64,000 nucleotides of DNA from Octopus vulgaris (lineage: Eukaryota), in contig OX597843.1 in the NCBI GenBank assembly GCA_951406725.2, forward strand, positions 16,182,001 through 16,246,000. Reading direction: 5' to 3'. Under the pieces are notes generated by a model. That model was not told the DNA's origin. It saw only the letters and a program-made list of their open reading frames with translations, and made no database searches. The stretch's first letter is position 1. Each line of letters starts with the position of its first letter. Shown here piece by piece: positions 13,335-25,177 of the stretch. Both the position numbers and the translations under genes were made by a program.

Positions 13335-13715
13335 TACGACAGGCTTCTTTTCAGTTTCCGTCTACCAAATCCACTCACAAGGCATTGGTCGGCCCGAGGC
13401 TATTGTAGAAGACACTTGCCCAAGGTGCCACGCAGTGGGACTGAACCCGGAACCATGTGGTTGGTAAACAAGCTACTTACCACACAGCCACTCTTATTAT
13501 TATTATTATTATGATCATCATCATCATTATTAAAGAAATCCTTATTATGACTTATACTGCAAATGGAATTACCATAACAATGGACCATTGACGTTCGCCA
13601 ATGATTGCTGATCCATTACATCTAGATATGTTGAAAGCACACTCCTTCCGATAATCAATTGGAATCCACAGAGAATGGGGTGTAAGTGAAAGCAAATATC
13701 AGTAATGGTTAAACA

Positions 13716-13810
13716 GTAACCTAGGAAACAATGAGACCACAGACAAATATTACTCCGTCACATGAATCGGCCATCTTTACTGGCGAAAGGGGCTTGGTGC
13801 AATCACGTGG
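13716..13810. promoter_or_regulatory. Promoter/enhancer-like motif cluster in non-repetitive DNA
   Basis: RFX X-box-like GTAACCTAGGAAAC (13716-13729), E/M-box GTCACATGA (13757-13765), YY1-like GCCATCTT (13770-13777) and E-box TCACGTGG (13803-13810) within 95 bp. Confidence 0.45.
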
Positions 13811-13851
13811 CCAGTGGCTGAGGGTGTTCAGTAACTGAGCAGGATTGAAAC

Positions 13852-14412
13852 CAGTGGTTCTCAAACGGGGTCCATATAAAATTTTTGGGGGTTCATGCAA
13901 CAAAATAATGAATTGGGGATCCACAAAAGTATTTTAAGGGCCCCTGAAAAACTTTGCTTTAGATGTATGTATTGGTTATGTATTGCAAGAAATAACTGTT
14001 TCTTTCTCTAACATTTTACATTGAATGGTTTTAGGGGTGTCCACCAGAATAAAAGAGTAATCAAAGGGGTCCATAGATAAGAAATGACTGAGAACCCCTA
14101 CTTTAGATGTATGTATTGGTATGTATCGCAAGAAACAGCTGGGTTTCTTTCTCTAACATTTTACATTGTTCAACCTACACAAGTTAATGTGTGGAAAACA
14201 AAATAGGAATTTTGAAAGAAGTTTCTATGAAACTAGTTTTTAAACATCGAATGGCTATAGGGGTCAACCAGAATGAAATAAAAATCAAAAGGGTCCATAG
14301 ATAAAAGAAATGGTTGAGAACCCCTGCTTTAGATGTATGTATTGGTTATGTATTGCAAGAAACAGCTGGGTTTCTTTCTCTAACATTTCACTTAGTTCAA
14401 CCTACACAAGTT
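13852..14412. mobile_element. hAT (Charlie/Buster-type) MITE with reiterated right halves
   Basis: TIR cagtggttctcaa...(t)tgagaacccct(g) at about 14099 and 14326; each right end is followed by the internal sequence ctttagatgtatgtattgg. Confidence 0.75.
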
Positions 14413-15262
14413 AACCTTGCGTCATAATAAACTTGACATATCCCAACAGAAAATAGTTCCAAACATGACAGTCCCCAACAAAAAACAGATTGGGATATAA
14501 AACTGCTTTCTGCAGTTAAGGGTAATGAGATTTTTGAGTGGACGTACGTAATTTCTGCAGTGTAAAGGTTAACATTTCTATGAAACCTCCTAGACATAAA
14601 TGGAATTACAATAGAAGACCAAAACACCCTAGAGGCTCCCTCAGTTTGTATAAGTAGCAGTTAAGTACTTCAGTTAGTTTAACCTTTTAACTGCGAAATA
14701 TATTTTCATGGTTATTCCAGTTATGATGTTTAAATATCTGCCAAAAAACAGAATTGGTATTTTCTGCAAGGCACCTTGTTTCATAAAAGAGAATTGTTCC
14801 AAACATGACAGTCCCCAACAAAAAACAGATTGGGATATAAAACTGCTTTCTGCAGTTAAGGGTAATGAGATTTTTGAGTGGACGTTTGTAATTTCTGCAG
14901 TGAAAAGGTTAACATTTCTATGAAACATCCTAGACATAAATGGAATTACAATAGAAGACCAAAACACCCTAGAGGCTCCCTCAGTTTGTATAAGTAGCAG
15001 TTAAGTACTTCAGTTGATTTAACCTTTTAACTGCGAAATATATTTTCATGGTTATTCCAGTTATGATGTTTAAATATCTGCCAAAAAATAGAATTGGTGT
15101 TTTCTGCAAGTCACCTTGCGTCATATTAAGCTTGACATATCTCAAAAGAGTTCGAAACATGACACTCCTTAACAAAGACAGATTGGGATATAAAACTGAT
15201 TTCTGCAGTTAAGGGTAATGAGATTTTTGAGTGGACGTACGTAATTTCTGCAGTGAAAGGGT
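14413..15262. repeat. About 340-355-bp tandem repeat, 2.5 copies
   Basis: aaacatgaca at 14461, 14801 and about 15155; tcagtttgtataag at 14641 and 14981. Confidence 0.8.
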
Positions 15263-15318
15263 TACTTTTGAGCTTGCAGTGCAGAGACAAGAGAAAAGAG
15301 ATGATGGGTGATACTTAC

Positions 15319-15489
15319 AATTAATAACATAGGTGCTGGTATCCTGGCAAAAATGTGCAAGAAATGCAGCAAGAAGAAAGTGATGAAGATAATAAACGTA
15401 ACCACGGCAACAAACTGCACCCAGCCGACACCTGCAATTGCATATTGAATGGCTACTGAAGCACAGATGAGAGTCAAGATTGAAATAAA
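15319..15489 (-). CDS. MARVEL-domain membrane protein, second coding exon (end of TM1 plus TM2)
   Basis: Polypyrimidine tract plus CAG acceptor (15492-15490); 171 bp phase 0-0 encoding FISILTLICASVAIQYAIAGVGWVQFVAVVTFIIFITFFLLHFLHIFARIPAPMLLI; GTAAGT donor (15318-15313). It joins in frame with the upstream exon, and the LIC and GWV.FV motifs match plasmolipin/CMTM. Confidence 0.9.
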
Positions 15490-15618
15490 CTGCAAAGAGA
15501 AAAAAGAAAGCATGTAGAATTAGCTGCACAGTACTTTTAATCACTTTTTAAGGTTATCTACAGATTTTCTATAGAAATTATAACAATCATTGGTTTGTTA
15601 TGACATTTTATATCTGAA

Positions 15619-16202
15619 CTAGCAGTATCGCCCGGCGTTGCTCGGATTTGTAAGGGAAATAACTACATAAGCATTTTTAGAGAGTTACTTCCCTTATACA
15701 ACCCGAGCAAAAATCATTAAAAATGCGGAAAAATGATGGTAAATTATTTTTTAAATCGTAGACTCATCATAGACACGCGCTAATACCCAGAAGGGCTCGA
15801 TATAAATCATGACTAAAAGATAACCGGTTTTGGTTATACTGCACTGCAAAATGTGGGAGTAGTTAGGAATCTAAATTGTAGGAGACAGACACACAACCTC
15901 ACTTTTATATATAAAGACTAGCAGTATCGCTCGGGTTTGTAAGGGAAATAACTATATAGGCATTTTTAGAGAGTTACTTTCCTTATATGATCCGAGCAAA
16001 AATCATTAAAAATGCAGAAAAATGATGGTAAATTTTTTTTTTAAATCGTAGACGTGTGCTAATACCCAGAAGGGCTCAATATGAATCACGACTATAAGAT
16101 ACCCGGTTTTGGTTAAACTGCACCGCAAAATGTGGGAGTAGTTAGGAATCTGAATTGGAGTAGACAGACACACACACACAACTTTAGTTTTATATATAAA
16201 GA
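15619..16202 (-). mobile_element. Two head-to-tail non-autonomous Helitrons
   Basis: Units 15619-15917 and 15918-16202 with a direct CTAG|TC junction; same 3' end as 12333-12697; another Helitron 5' end starts on plus at about 16205. Confidence 0.85.
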
Positions 16203-17096
16203 TATCTCATATAAAATCTGTTCTGTCTGTCTGTGTGTGTCTTCTAGGATCTCGGGCATCCTCCATCCAATTGCGCTCAAATTTGATATGTAGATACTAG
16301 CAGTATCAGGGCGTGTATAAGTCTTGGAAAAATTACAAAAATCGATTCTGCAGTCACTGGCCTATTGACTGTGTATGCATTAAGTATGATACACATATTA
16401 CACATCATCACCATTTAATATATGCTTTCCATGCTGGCATGGGTTAAACAGTTTGATTGGAACTGCTAAGATGGAGAGCCACACCATGTTCCAGTCTGAT
16501 TTGACATGGTTTCTATAGCTGGACGTCCTTCATAATGTTGACCACTATGAGAGTGTTATGGTTGCTTATTACATGCCACTGGCACAAGTGCCATTCACAT
16601 AACATTGGCAATGGTCATGACTACAATTTCACTTGGCTTGACGAGTCTTCTCAAGAGCAGAATATCGCCAAAGGTCTCAGTCACTTGTCATCATCTCCGA
16701 TAGGCCAAAATTCAAGGATCATGCTTCTACCGCAATAGCAAATACAGGATTTTTATTCAGCCTAGCAGCTATTTGCAACATCAGTGAAAGCTTTATTTAG
16801 ATTGCCCTATATCAGAGGCAATGAGTTCTCATCTGAACATGGGGCTGGCTGCAAGTATTCGCTCCTGAAAAGGTCTGAAAAGGCAGAAATATGTCTGGAA
16901 CTTTGCTGGTCACTGCTAAATAGAATTTTCATCCCACTCCGATATTTATTGTGTTTTTAATATAGCAAGTTCATATGATGTTATCTCAGGAGAAATACTG
17001 CAGCAACTTGCCTATCAACAGGGTATATACAATATACATTCAGTATGATACAGTTGAGTAACAGTTTTTGTGATATTTTTGCTACTTTTTAATAAA

Positions 17097-17147
<51 letters not shown>

Positions 17148-17653
17148 TTATTAAGGTGGTTTTTTTGGCAATTTACAACTAAAAGATACAGGGGTAGATG
17201 CCACCTAGGCACTTTAATGACTGACTACACACACGCATATACATATACATATATACATACATATACATATATATATATACATGCATATACATATATACAT
17301 ACATACATATATATATAAGCATATATACATATATATATATACATGCATATACATATATATATATATACGTATATATATATATACATACATATACATTTAT
17401 ATACATACATATCTCTATATATACATATACATTTATATACATACATATCTCTATATATACATATACATTTATATACATACATATCTATATATATATACAT
17501 ATACATTTATATACATACATATACATACATGTATGTATATGTATGTATACATGTATTATATATATACACCCATACACATATATATATGGTGCCCCAGCAT
17601 GGCCACAGCCTTTGGGCTGAAATGCTTGAAAGAACAAAAAAAAAAATACTCAC

Positions 17654-17773
17654 GATTTCAGCAAGTTTTAGAATACCCCGTAGACTTTTGGCATAACTTA
17701 TATCCGGTCCTATAGCAACAGTGGTGGTGGTGCTTGTTGTGGTGGAGGTGGTGGTGTGTCCGTAAGTCTCCAT
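17654..17773 (-). CDS. MARVEL-domain membrane protein (plasmolipin/CMTM-like), first coding exon
   Basis: ATG at 17773; 120 bp encoding [40 protein letters not shown], ending at a phase-0 GTGAGT donor (17653-17648). The Y.KS..GILKL.EI motif is typical of the start of MARVEL TM1. Possible acceptor (ttcag) 5 nt upstream of the ATG. Confidence 0.88.
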
Positions 17774-17999
17774 ACTCTCTGAATATAGTTCCTACTAGAA
17801 CAACTGGTGTGAGGTGATGACGGAGAGTAAATTCTGTGCTACCGATTGAGGCTGCAAGACAAGTAACATTATGTTAATAATGAGCGGGAGTTTTGGCGAG
17901 ATACATTGGTAAGGTTTGGATTTGGTGGGACACAGAAAACTTGGATAAGAAGCATCAATAATGGTGAGACTCTGATAATGTTTGAGAAGAAGCAACAAT

Positions 18000-18830
18000 A
18001 ATAATGAAATTATTGTATACAGTGCTCAGGTGCACCACAACTTGTCGAAAAGTGCGTATAAAGTATATGCAGTAATGTAGAAATGTCTGGGAAGTGAACA
18101 GTGTATGAGTCAGATACATGCCTGTGTGTGTATGGAGGGGAGAAAATCAGGTATAGTGTTGGCGAATCTCTCAGGAAGCATGGAAGTTTTGAAGGATGCA
18201 GTGCTCCGGCAACTAACAACTGATGCCGGCAGTTTGTTCCATGCTTCAGCAACTCTCAGCATGAAAAATGTTTCCTTTTTATTTTTCACAATTGGTAGTA
18301 TACTATAATACTGCCAGGTATCTAGTAATTCTAAGAGTGAACGAGTTCTATTTTAATAATAATGAAATTATTGTATACAGTGCTCAGGTGCACCACAACT
18401 TGTCAGAAAGTGCGTATAAAGAATATTCAGTAATGTACAAATGTCTGGAAAGCGAACAATGTATGAGTCAGATACATGCTTGTGTGTGTATGGATGGGAG
18501 AAAATCAGGTGTAGTGTTGGCAAATCTCTCAGGAAGCATGGAAGTTTTGAAGGATGCAGTGCTCCGACAACTAACAACTGATGCCGGCAGTTTGTTCCAT
18601 GCTTCAGCGTGTGTATGGAGGGGAGAAAATCAGGTGTAGTGTTGGCGAATCTTTCAGGAAGCATGGAAGTTTTGAAGGATGCAGTGCTCCGACAACTAAC
18701 AACTGATGCCAGCAGTTTGTTCCATGCTTCAGCAACTCTCAGTGTGAAAAAATGTTTCCGAAAGTCATGGGAGCTGTGCTGTTTTCTGACTTTGTAAACA
18801 TGTCCACAGGTGTTAGATAGGTGGAGTTTT
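18000..18830 (-). mobile_element. CR1-clade LINE 3' fragments (two, one with internal duplication)
   Basis: Minus strand encodes HVYKVRKQHSSHDFRKHFFTLRVAEAWNKL.ASVVSCRSTASFK (CR1 RT C-terminus), with (ATT)n tail; another 3' UTR copy at 45770-45957(+). Confidence 0.8.
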
Positions 18831-18862
18831 TAAATGATAATAATAATGAAATTATTATTATC

Positions 18863-19061
18863 GATAACTTTCATGAATGTCTCCAACAGTGTGTTGATAA
18901 TGATGGGAGGCATTTAGCTGATTTAATTTTTAAAACTTAATGAAATAAAATGGCATTATATGTACATTCAGAAAATAAAAATTTTCTTTTCATTATTTCT
19001 TATTTTATGCCTGTATTAAGCCTCCAAATGTGTCAGATCATTTTGGTTGGTCCACCCTGTA
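18863..19061 (+). mobile_element. Tc1/mariner-superfamily 3' end
   Basis: NFHECLQQCVDNDGRHLADLIFKT* transposase C-terminus, then TIR ...ccaccctg and TA. Confidence 0.7.
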
Positions 19062-19075
19062 TATGTGTGTATGTA

Positions 19076-19135
<60 letters not shown>

Positions 19136-19597
19136 TATATATATATATATACACACATATATATATAATCGAAATCGATCAATGGAAATCGATCAATGGA
19201 AATTGCAGATGTGTTACCAGTGCCGGTGGCATGTAAGAGAACCTTCCGTTTCGCGACCGTTGCCAGCACCGCCCCGTTTCGTGTCCGTTGCCAGCCTCGC
19301 CTGGCCCTCGTGCCGGTGGCACATAAAAAGCACCATCCGTTCGTGGCCGTTTGCCAGCTCTGTCTGGCACCTGTGCGGGTGGCACGTAAAAAGCACCCAC
19401 TACACTCTTGGAGTGGTTGGCGTTAGGAAGGGCATCCAGCCGTAGAAACACTGCCAGATTTGACTGGGCCTGATGAAGCCTTCTGGCTTCACAGACCCCA
19501 GTAGAACCGTCCAACCCATGCTAGCATGGAAAACGGACGCTAAACGATGATGATGATGATATACACATATATATATATACACATATATATACACTAC

Positions 19598-19706
<109 letters not shown>

Positions 19707-19765
19707 TATATATATACACACACACATATATATACACACACACACATATATATATACACACACAC

Positions 19766-19829
<64 letters not shown>

Positions 19830-20774
19830 GTATATATGTATGTATATTAAGATATACACATATATGCAGACACACAAACACACTCACGTATTTAGAAGCA
19901 TTCATACATATATGCATATGTTTCTATTTCAATAATCTCGAGATAATAATAATTCAACCCATGTGAAGACAGTCTCCTTGAGTTTCATGTCCGTTTAATA
20001 AGAGTCAAGTCACACTCTGGACTACAAATAATAAGATATGTATATACACGTACTTGATTCTATTCATGGTGTTTGTGCTACAAAAGCTATTTCTCTTACT
20101 TTCTTTTATTTTACTTTTTTCAGTCATTTTACTGCGGCCATGCTGGAGCACTGCCTTTAGTCGAGCAAATCGACCCCGGGACTTATTCTTTTGTAAGCCC
20201 AGTACTTATTCTATCGGTCTCTTTTTGCCGAACCGCTAAGTGACGGGGACGTAAACACACCAGCATCGGTTGTCAAGCAATGCTAGGGGGACAAACACAG
20301 ACACACAACACACACACACACATACATACATATACATATATACGACGGGCTTCTTTCAGTTTCCGTCTACCAAATCCACTCACAAGGCTTTGGTCGGCCC
20401 GAGGCTATAGCAGAAGACACTTGCCCAAGATGCCACGCAGTGGGACTGAACCTGGAACCATGTGGTTGGTTAGCAAGCTACTTACCACACAGCCACTGCT
20501 GCGCTATGTATATGTATCATCATCATCATCATCATTGTTTAACGTCTGCTTTTCATGCTGGCATGGGTTGGACGGTTTGACTGAGGACTGGTGAGCCAGA
20601 GGCTGCACCAGACTCCAATCTTGATCTGGCAGAGTTTCTACAGCTGGATGCCCTTCCTAATGCCAATCATTCCTGATGCTGTATGAACATTTAATGTGGT
20701 TTTAGAGTCAAGTTTTGACTGCTATTTCCAGCATGGTGGTATCTCTTAGATACCCTAAATTATAATTTCAATAA

Positions 20775-20805
<31 letters not shown>

Positions 20806-20874
20806 TAATTGAGCACTTCTATAGCAGTCCTATTAAACATGTTGTTCCTGATAAGAAACAATCACTTTATATTA

Positions 20875-20925
<51 letters not shown>

Positions 20926-21118
20926 TCAAATTTATATATAAATGCAAAGCCAGAAATCCGGGATCTAGAATTATCCAGAAATTTTTTTCTAGTTTCATCT
21001 TGTCTCTTTGTTTTCTTTCCATGTTGCTATATGAACAATTAAGGTGGTTTTAGAGTCGGATCATGGCTGCTATTTGCAGCATGGTGGTATCTCGTAGATA
21101 CTCTAATTTATAATTTTA

Positions 21119-21163
<45 letters not shown>

Positions 21164-21166
<3 letters not shown>

Positions 21167-21412
21167 AATTAAAAAAGGAAAATACGCACACTTACATGGT
21201 TTTAATATAATTTTTAATCTTCTTAAGAAAAAATATATATTCATATAAATTAAACATTATATCATGAATAGCAATAGCAAAACCGGTCGATATATTAAAA
21301 ATTATATTAAAACCATGTAAGTGTGCATATTTTCCTTTTTTAATTTCTTATATACATTACAAGTCACCACGTGGGGACAACCGAAATTCCTCTTTTCTGT
21401 TACAACTACTAC
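21164..21412 (+). mobile_element. Penelope-like terminal repeat with 5' inverted segment
   Basis: 21164-21214 is the inverse of about 21297-21348; degenerate hammerhead inside; (TA)n flanks. Confidence 0.55.
21258..21294 (+). ncRNA. Degenerate minimal hammerhead ribozyme
   Basis: tatatc-aUGAauA-gc(aata)gc-aAAA-ccgg-UC-gatata. Perfect 6-bp stem I and palindromic stem III (ACCGGU), but three core substitutions. Confidence 0.5.
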
Positions 21413-21515
21413 TATATATATATATAGTTAATCAAACATGAAAGTACAAAGAAAGACAACAACGCGAGGACGTGGAACAAATATAGTATTATTGGATGCT
21501 CAGGAAAGAAGGAGG

Positions 21516-21550
21516 GTTTAACGTTTCGAGCGGAGCTCTTCGTCGGAAAC
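21516..21550 (-). ncRNA. Minimal hammerhead ribozyme, CCGACGA core variant
   Basis: guuu-CCGACGA-a-gagc(ucc)gcuc-GAAA-cg-UU-aaac, with palindromic stem III (AACGUU). Lies in a T-rich repeat (21425-21612) abutting (TA)n. Confidence 0.65.
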
Positions 21551-22058
21551 ATAGGAGAAGGAAAGATCCAGAGAAGGGAAGACAGAGGAAAAAAAATCGC
21601 TAACGGTACACACCTCTCTCTCTTTGGGAGAGGCACAAGTACCTACACGCACATATACACACATGGCAGTAACTTCTACCTACCGAATTCAATCACAAAG
21701 CTCCGGTCAGCTCGGGGCTATAGCGGAAGACACCTACCCAAAGTGCCACGCAGTGGGACTGAACCCGAAACCATATAGCTACACGCGGTCACATTATCCA
21801 TCCTTCTCCATATACACACACACACACAAAACAGACATATACATAAACACATGCACATATAAACGTATGCACACACACACATGCATAGAGACACCTGTGT
21901 GTGTGTGTGTGTGTGTATGCAAGGTGTGCGAGTTGGTGCAGAGTTGGTGTTATGAGGGAGTGACACTCTTGTCACACCAACACACACGTCTCTCTCTCTT
22001 TCTCTGTCTGCCTGTCTCTCTGTCTGTCTGTCTCTCTCTCTCTCTGTCTGTCTGTCAC

Positions 22059-22099
<41 letters not shown>

Positions 22100-22196
22100 G
22101 TCTGTCTGTCTGTCTGTCTCTCTATCTCTCTCTGTTTCTCTGTGTTTGTCTGTCTCTCTCTCTCTCTCTATCTGTCTGTCTGTCTCTCTCTCTATA

Positions 22197-22253
<57 letters not shown>

Positions 22254-22844
22254 CTGTCTGTCTGTCTGTCCGTCTATCTGTCTCTCTCTCTCTGTCTATC
22301 TGTCTGTCTGTCTCTCTCTCTCTCATGACTGACTGAAGTGTTTCTCTCTTCCGTCAACTTCCCACTTTCACAAACACCTTTCATGTCTCTTGGTGGAGGA
22401 AAAAAAAATAACAAAAAAAAAAAGCCACCCCCAAAAACCTGCATTTTAATTTGAAAGTGAGTGATGGTGGAGGTGGTTGTGGTGGTGGTGGTGGTAAAAA
22501 TGAGGTAAAAAAAAAAGAAAGAAAGAGAGAGAGAACAAATAAAAGAATGCAGAGATAAGTAAAAATAGAGAGAGAGAGAGACAGAGTAAAAGTATGTGAG
22601 CATCTCCTGGTGTGTGTGTGGGTGGGTGTGTGGGTGTGCGTGCAGGGGTGGGGTATCAGGACCCTGTGCTGTGAATACAGGGGTTGTCAGTCCAAAAGCA
22701 TGCGTTTGTGTGTTCTTGCCTATAAAAGGGGATATGGTGGGAGGGGATATGTTTGGGGGGTGTGTGTGTGTGTGTGAGAAATAGGTGAAAGTCTGTCTGA
22801 ATGTCTACCATACTGTGTGTGTGTGTGTGTGTGCGCGTGTGCGC

Positions 22845-22875
<31 letters not shown>

Positions 22876-22917
22876 CTTAAATATATATATTTATATATAT
22901 CATATACGCACACATGC

Positions 22918-22959
<42 letters not shown>

Positions 22960-22981
22960 GTGTACATATAGAATTACACAC

Positions 22982-23020
<39 letters not shown>

Positions 23021-23094
23021 CATACGTATATACATACATACTTGCAAATATATTTATATATGCACAAACACATCTAAAAAGAGTTCATGTATAT

Positions 23095-23131
<37 letters not shown>

Positions 23132-23161
23132 CATATACACACACACACGTATGTATGTATG

Positions 23162-23193
<32 letters not shown>

Positions 23194-23374
23194 TATATAC
23201 ACACACACACACACACAGTGCATGCGTGTGAACACAGGAAATTTGTTTTATTAAGAGTTCCCTCCCTCGCACCTGTCCCACCTCCACCACCACAGTCTCA
23301 TTCCTCTCTGCTTCAGAACTAGGTTAATAAAACACTAACACACACCCATGAACTGAGTGTAGTATGTGTGTGTG

Positions 23375-23421
<47 letters not shown>

Positions 23422-24308
23422 TTGTGTATATATATATACATATATATGTGTGTGTGTGTGCGTTTTTGTCTAGTTCTTCCTCTCTCTGACTTTTTCCCAA
23501 AATATGTATGTATATCATATATAGGAGTGGCTGTGTGGTAAGTAGCTTGCTAACCAGCCACATGGTTCCGGGTTCAGTCCCACTGTGTGGCACCATGGGC
23601 AAGTGTCTTCTACTATAGCCTCGGGCCGACTAAAGCCTTGTGAGTGGATTTGGTAGATGGAAACTGAAAGAAGCCTGTCGTATATATGTATATATATATA
23701 TATATATATAGGCATAGGAGTGGCTGTGTGGTAAGTAGCTTGCTTACCAACCACATGGTTCCGGGTTCAGTCCCACTGCGTGGTATCTTGGGCAAGTGTC
23801 TTCTGCTATAGCCCCGGGCCGACCAAAGCCTTGTGAGTGGATTTGGTAGATGGAAACTGAAAGAAGCCTGTCGTATATATGTATATATATATATATGTAT
23901 GTGTGTGTGTTTGTGTGTCTGTGTTTGTCCCCCTAGCATTGCTTGACAACCGATGCTGGTGTGTTTACGTCCCCGTCACTTAGCGGTTCGGCAAAACAGA
24001 CCGATAGAATAAGTACTGGGCTTACAAAAGAATACGTGCCGGGGTCGAGTTGCTCGACTAAAGGCGGTGCTCCAGCATGGCCACAGTCAAATGACTGAAA
24101 CAAACAAATAAAAAAAAAATATATATATATATATAGGCGCAGGAGTGGCGGTGTGGTAAGTAGCTTGCTTACCAACCACATCGTTCCGGGTTCAGTCCCA
24201 CTGCGTGGCATCTTGGGCAAGTGTCTTCTGCTATAGCCTCAGGCCGACCAATGCCTTGTGAGTGGATTTGGTAGACGGAAACTGAAAGAAGCCCATCGTA
24301 TATATGTG

Positions 24309-24339
<31 letters not shown>

Positions 24340-24552
24340 ATGTATGTGTGTCTGTGTTTGTCCCCCCACCATCGCTTGACATCCAATGCTGGTGTGTTTA
24401 CGTCCCCGACATTTAGTGGTTCGGCAAAAAGAGAATGATAGAATAAGTACTGGGCTTACAAAGAATAAGTCCCGGGGTCGATTTGCTCGACTAAAGGTGG
24501 TGCTCCAGCATGGCCACAGTCAAATGACTGAAACAAGTAAAAGAGTAAAAGC

Positions 24553-24587
<35 letters not shown>

Positions 24588-24589
24588 TG

Positions 24590-24840
24590 TAGAAAAATAC
24601 AAACTGGGACAAGAAGACGATACAAAAAACATGGACGGGACATTCAAAACCTTCAATCTTCAGTCAAGAACCGGATCATCCTAGCAATTTCGGCTGATTA
24701 ATCTTGAGATCGCTCCGATCCGGCCAGCCCCAAGGAAAAACTAAGCTACGAGCATTAGATTTCTTGGAAGAAGGATCGAATGTATACGAAACAGGGACAG
24801 AAAAACGGACGATGCCACACGAATATAAAATACAAAAAAC
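24590..24840 (-). mobile_element. Short T-rich insert in (TA)n containing a four-helix pseudoknotted motif
   Basis: Bounded by (TA)n on both sides; composition resembles the hammerhead-bearing repeats; four complementary pairs at 24664-24729. Confidence 0.5.
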
Positions 24841-24859
24841 ATATATATATATATGTAAT

Positions 24860-25177
24860 TAATTAATAAGGGTGAGAGAATTAGATACTAATTTAATAGT
24901 ATATCTATTCAACACCAAGTGGCCTAGTGCTCCGAGAAACCTGGATTATTATAATATTTTATAATATATTATAATATTTTTACAAAATAAATATAAGAGA
25001 GTGGTCACTATATGGCTCACTCTAGCACTAGTTAATCCAAAAGGTTTCGACCACAAAAATACATGTTTCCCATGAAAGTCAGTACGCATGGGAAACATGT
25101 ATTTTTGTGGTCGAAACCTTTTGGATTAACTAGTGCTAGAGTGAGCCATATAGTGACCACTCTCTTATATTTATTTT
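24860..25177. mobile_element. Related foldback element with perfect 91-bp inverted arms
   Basis: Arms 24984-25074 and 25087-25177 with a 12-nt loop. The tail (agggtga...aacacc.agtggc.tag) resembles 27670-27730; (TA)n flanks. Confidence 0.65.

Noticed and set aside
14397-15175. ORFs in the 340-bp tandem repeat as the missing MARVEL exons
   Set aside because: No MARVEL TM3/TM4 similarity and no matching splice sites.
19466-19500. CUGAUGA followed by a hairpin
   Set aside because: No GAAA; it is a point variant of the repeat consensus cctggtgcagcc.
22715-22735. TATA box CCTATAAAAG
   Set aside because: Isolated motif with no identifiable downstream exon.
24650-24700. Permuted hammerhead using CUGAAGA and GAAA on minus
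   Set aside because: Stem II and stem III pairings fail; the pseudoknot model fits better.
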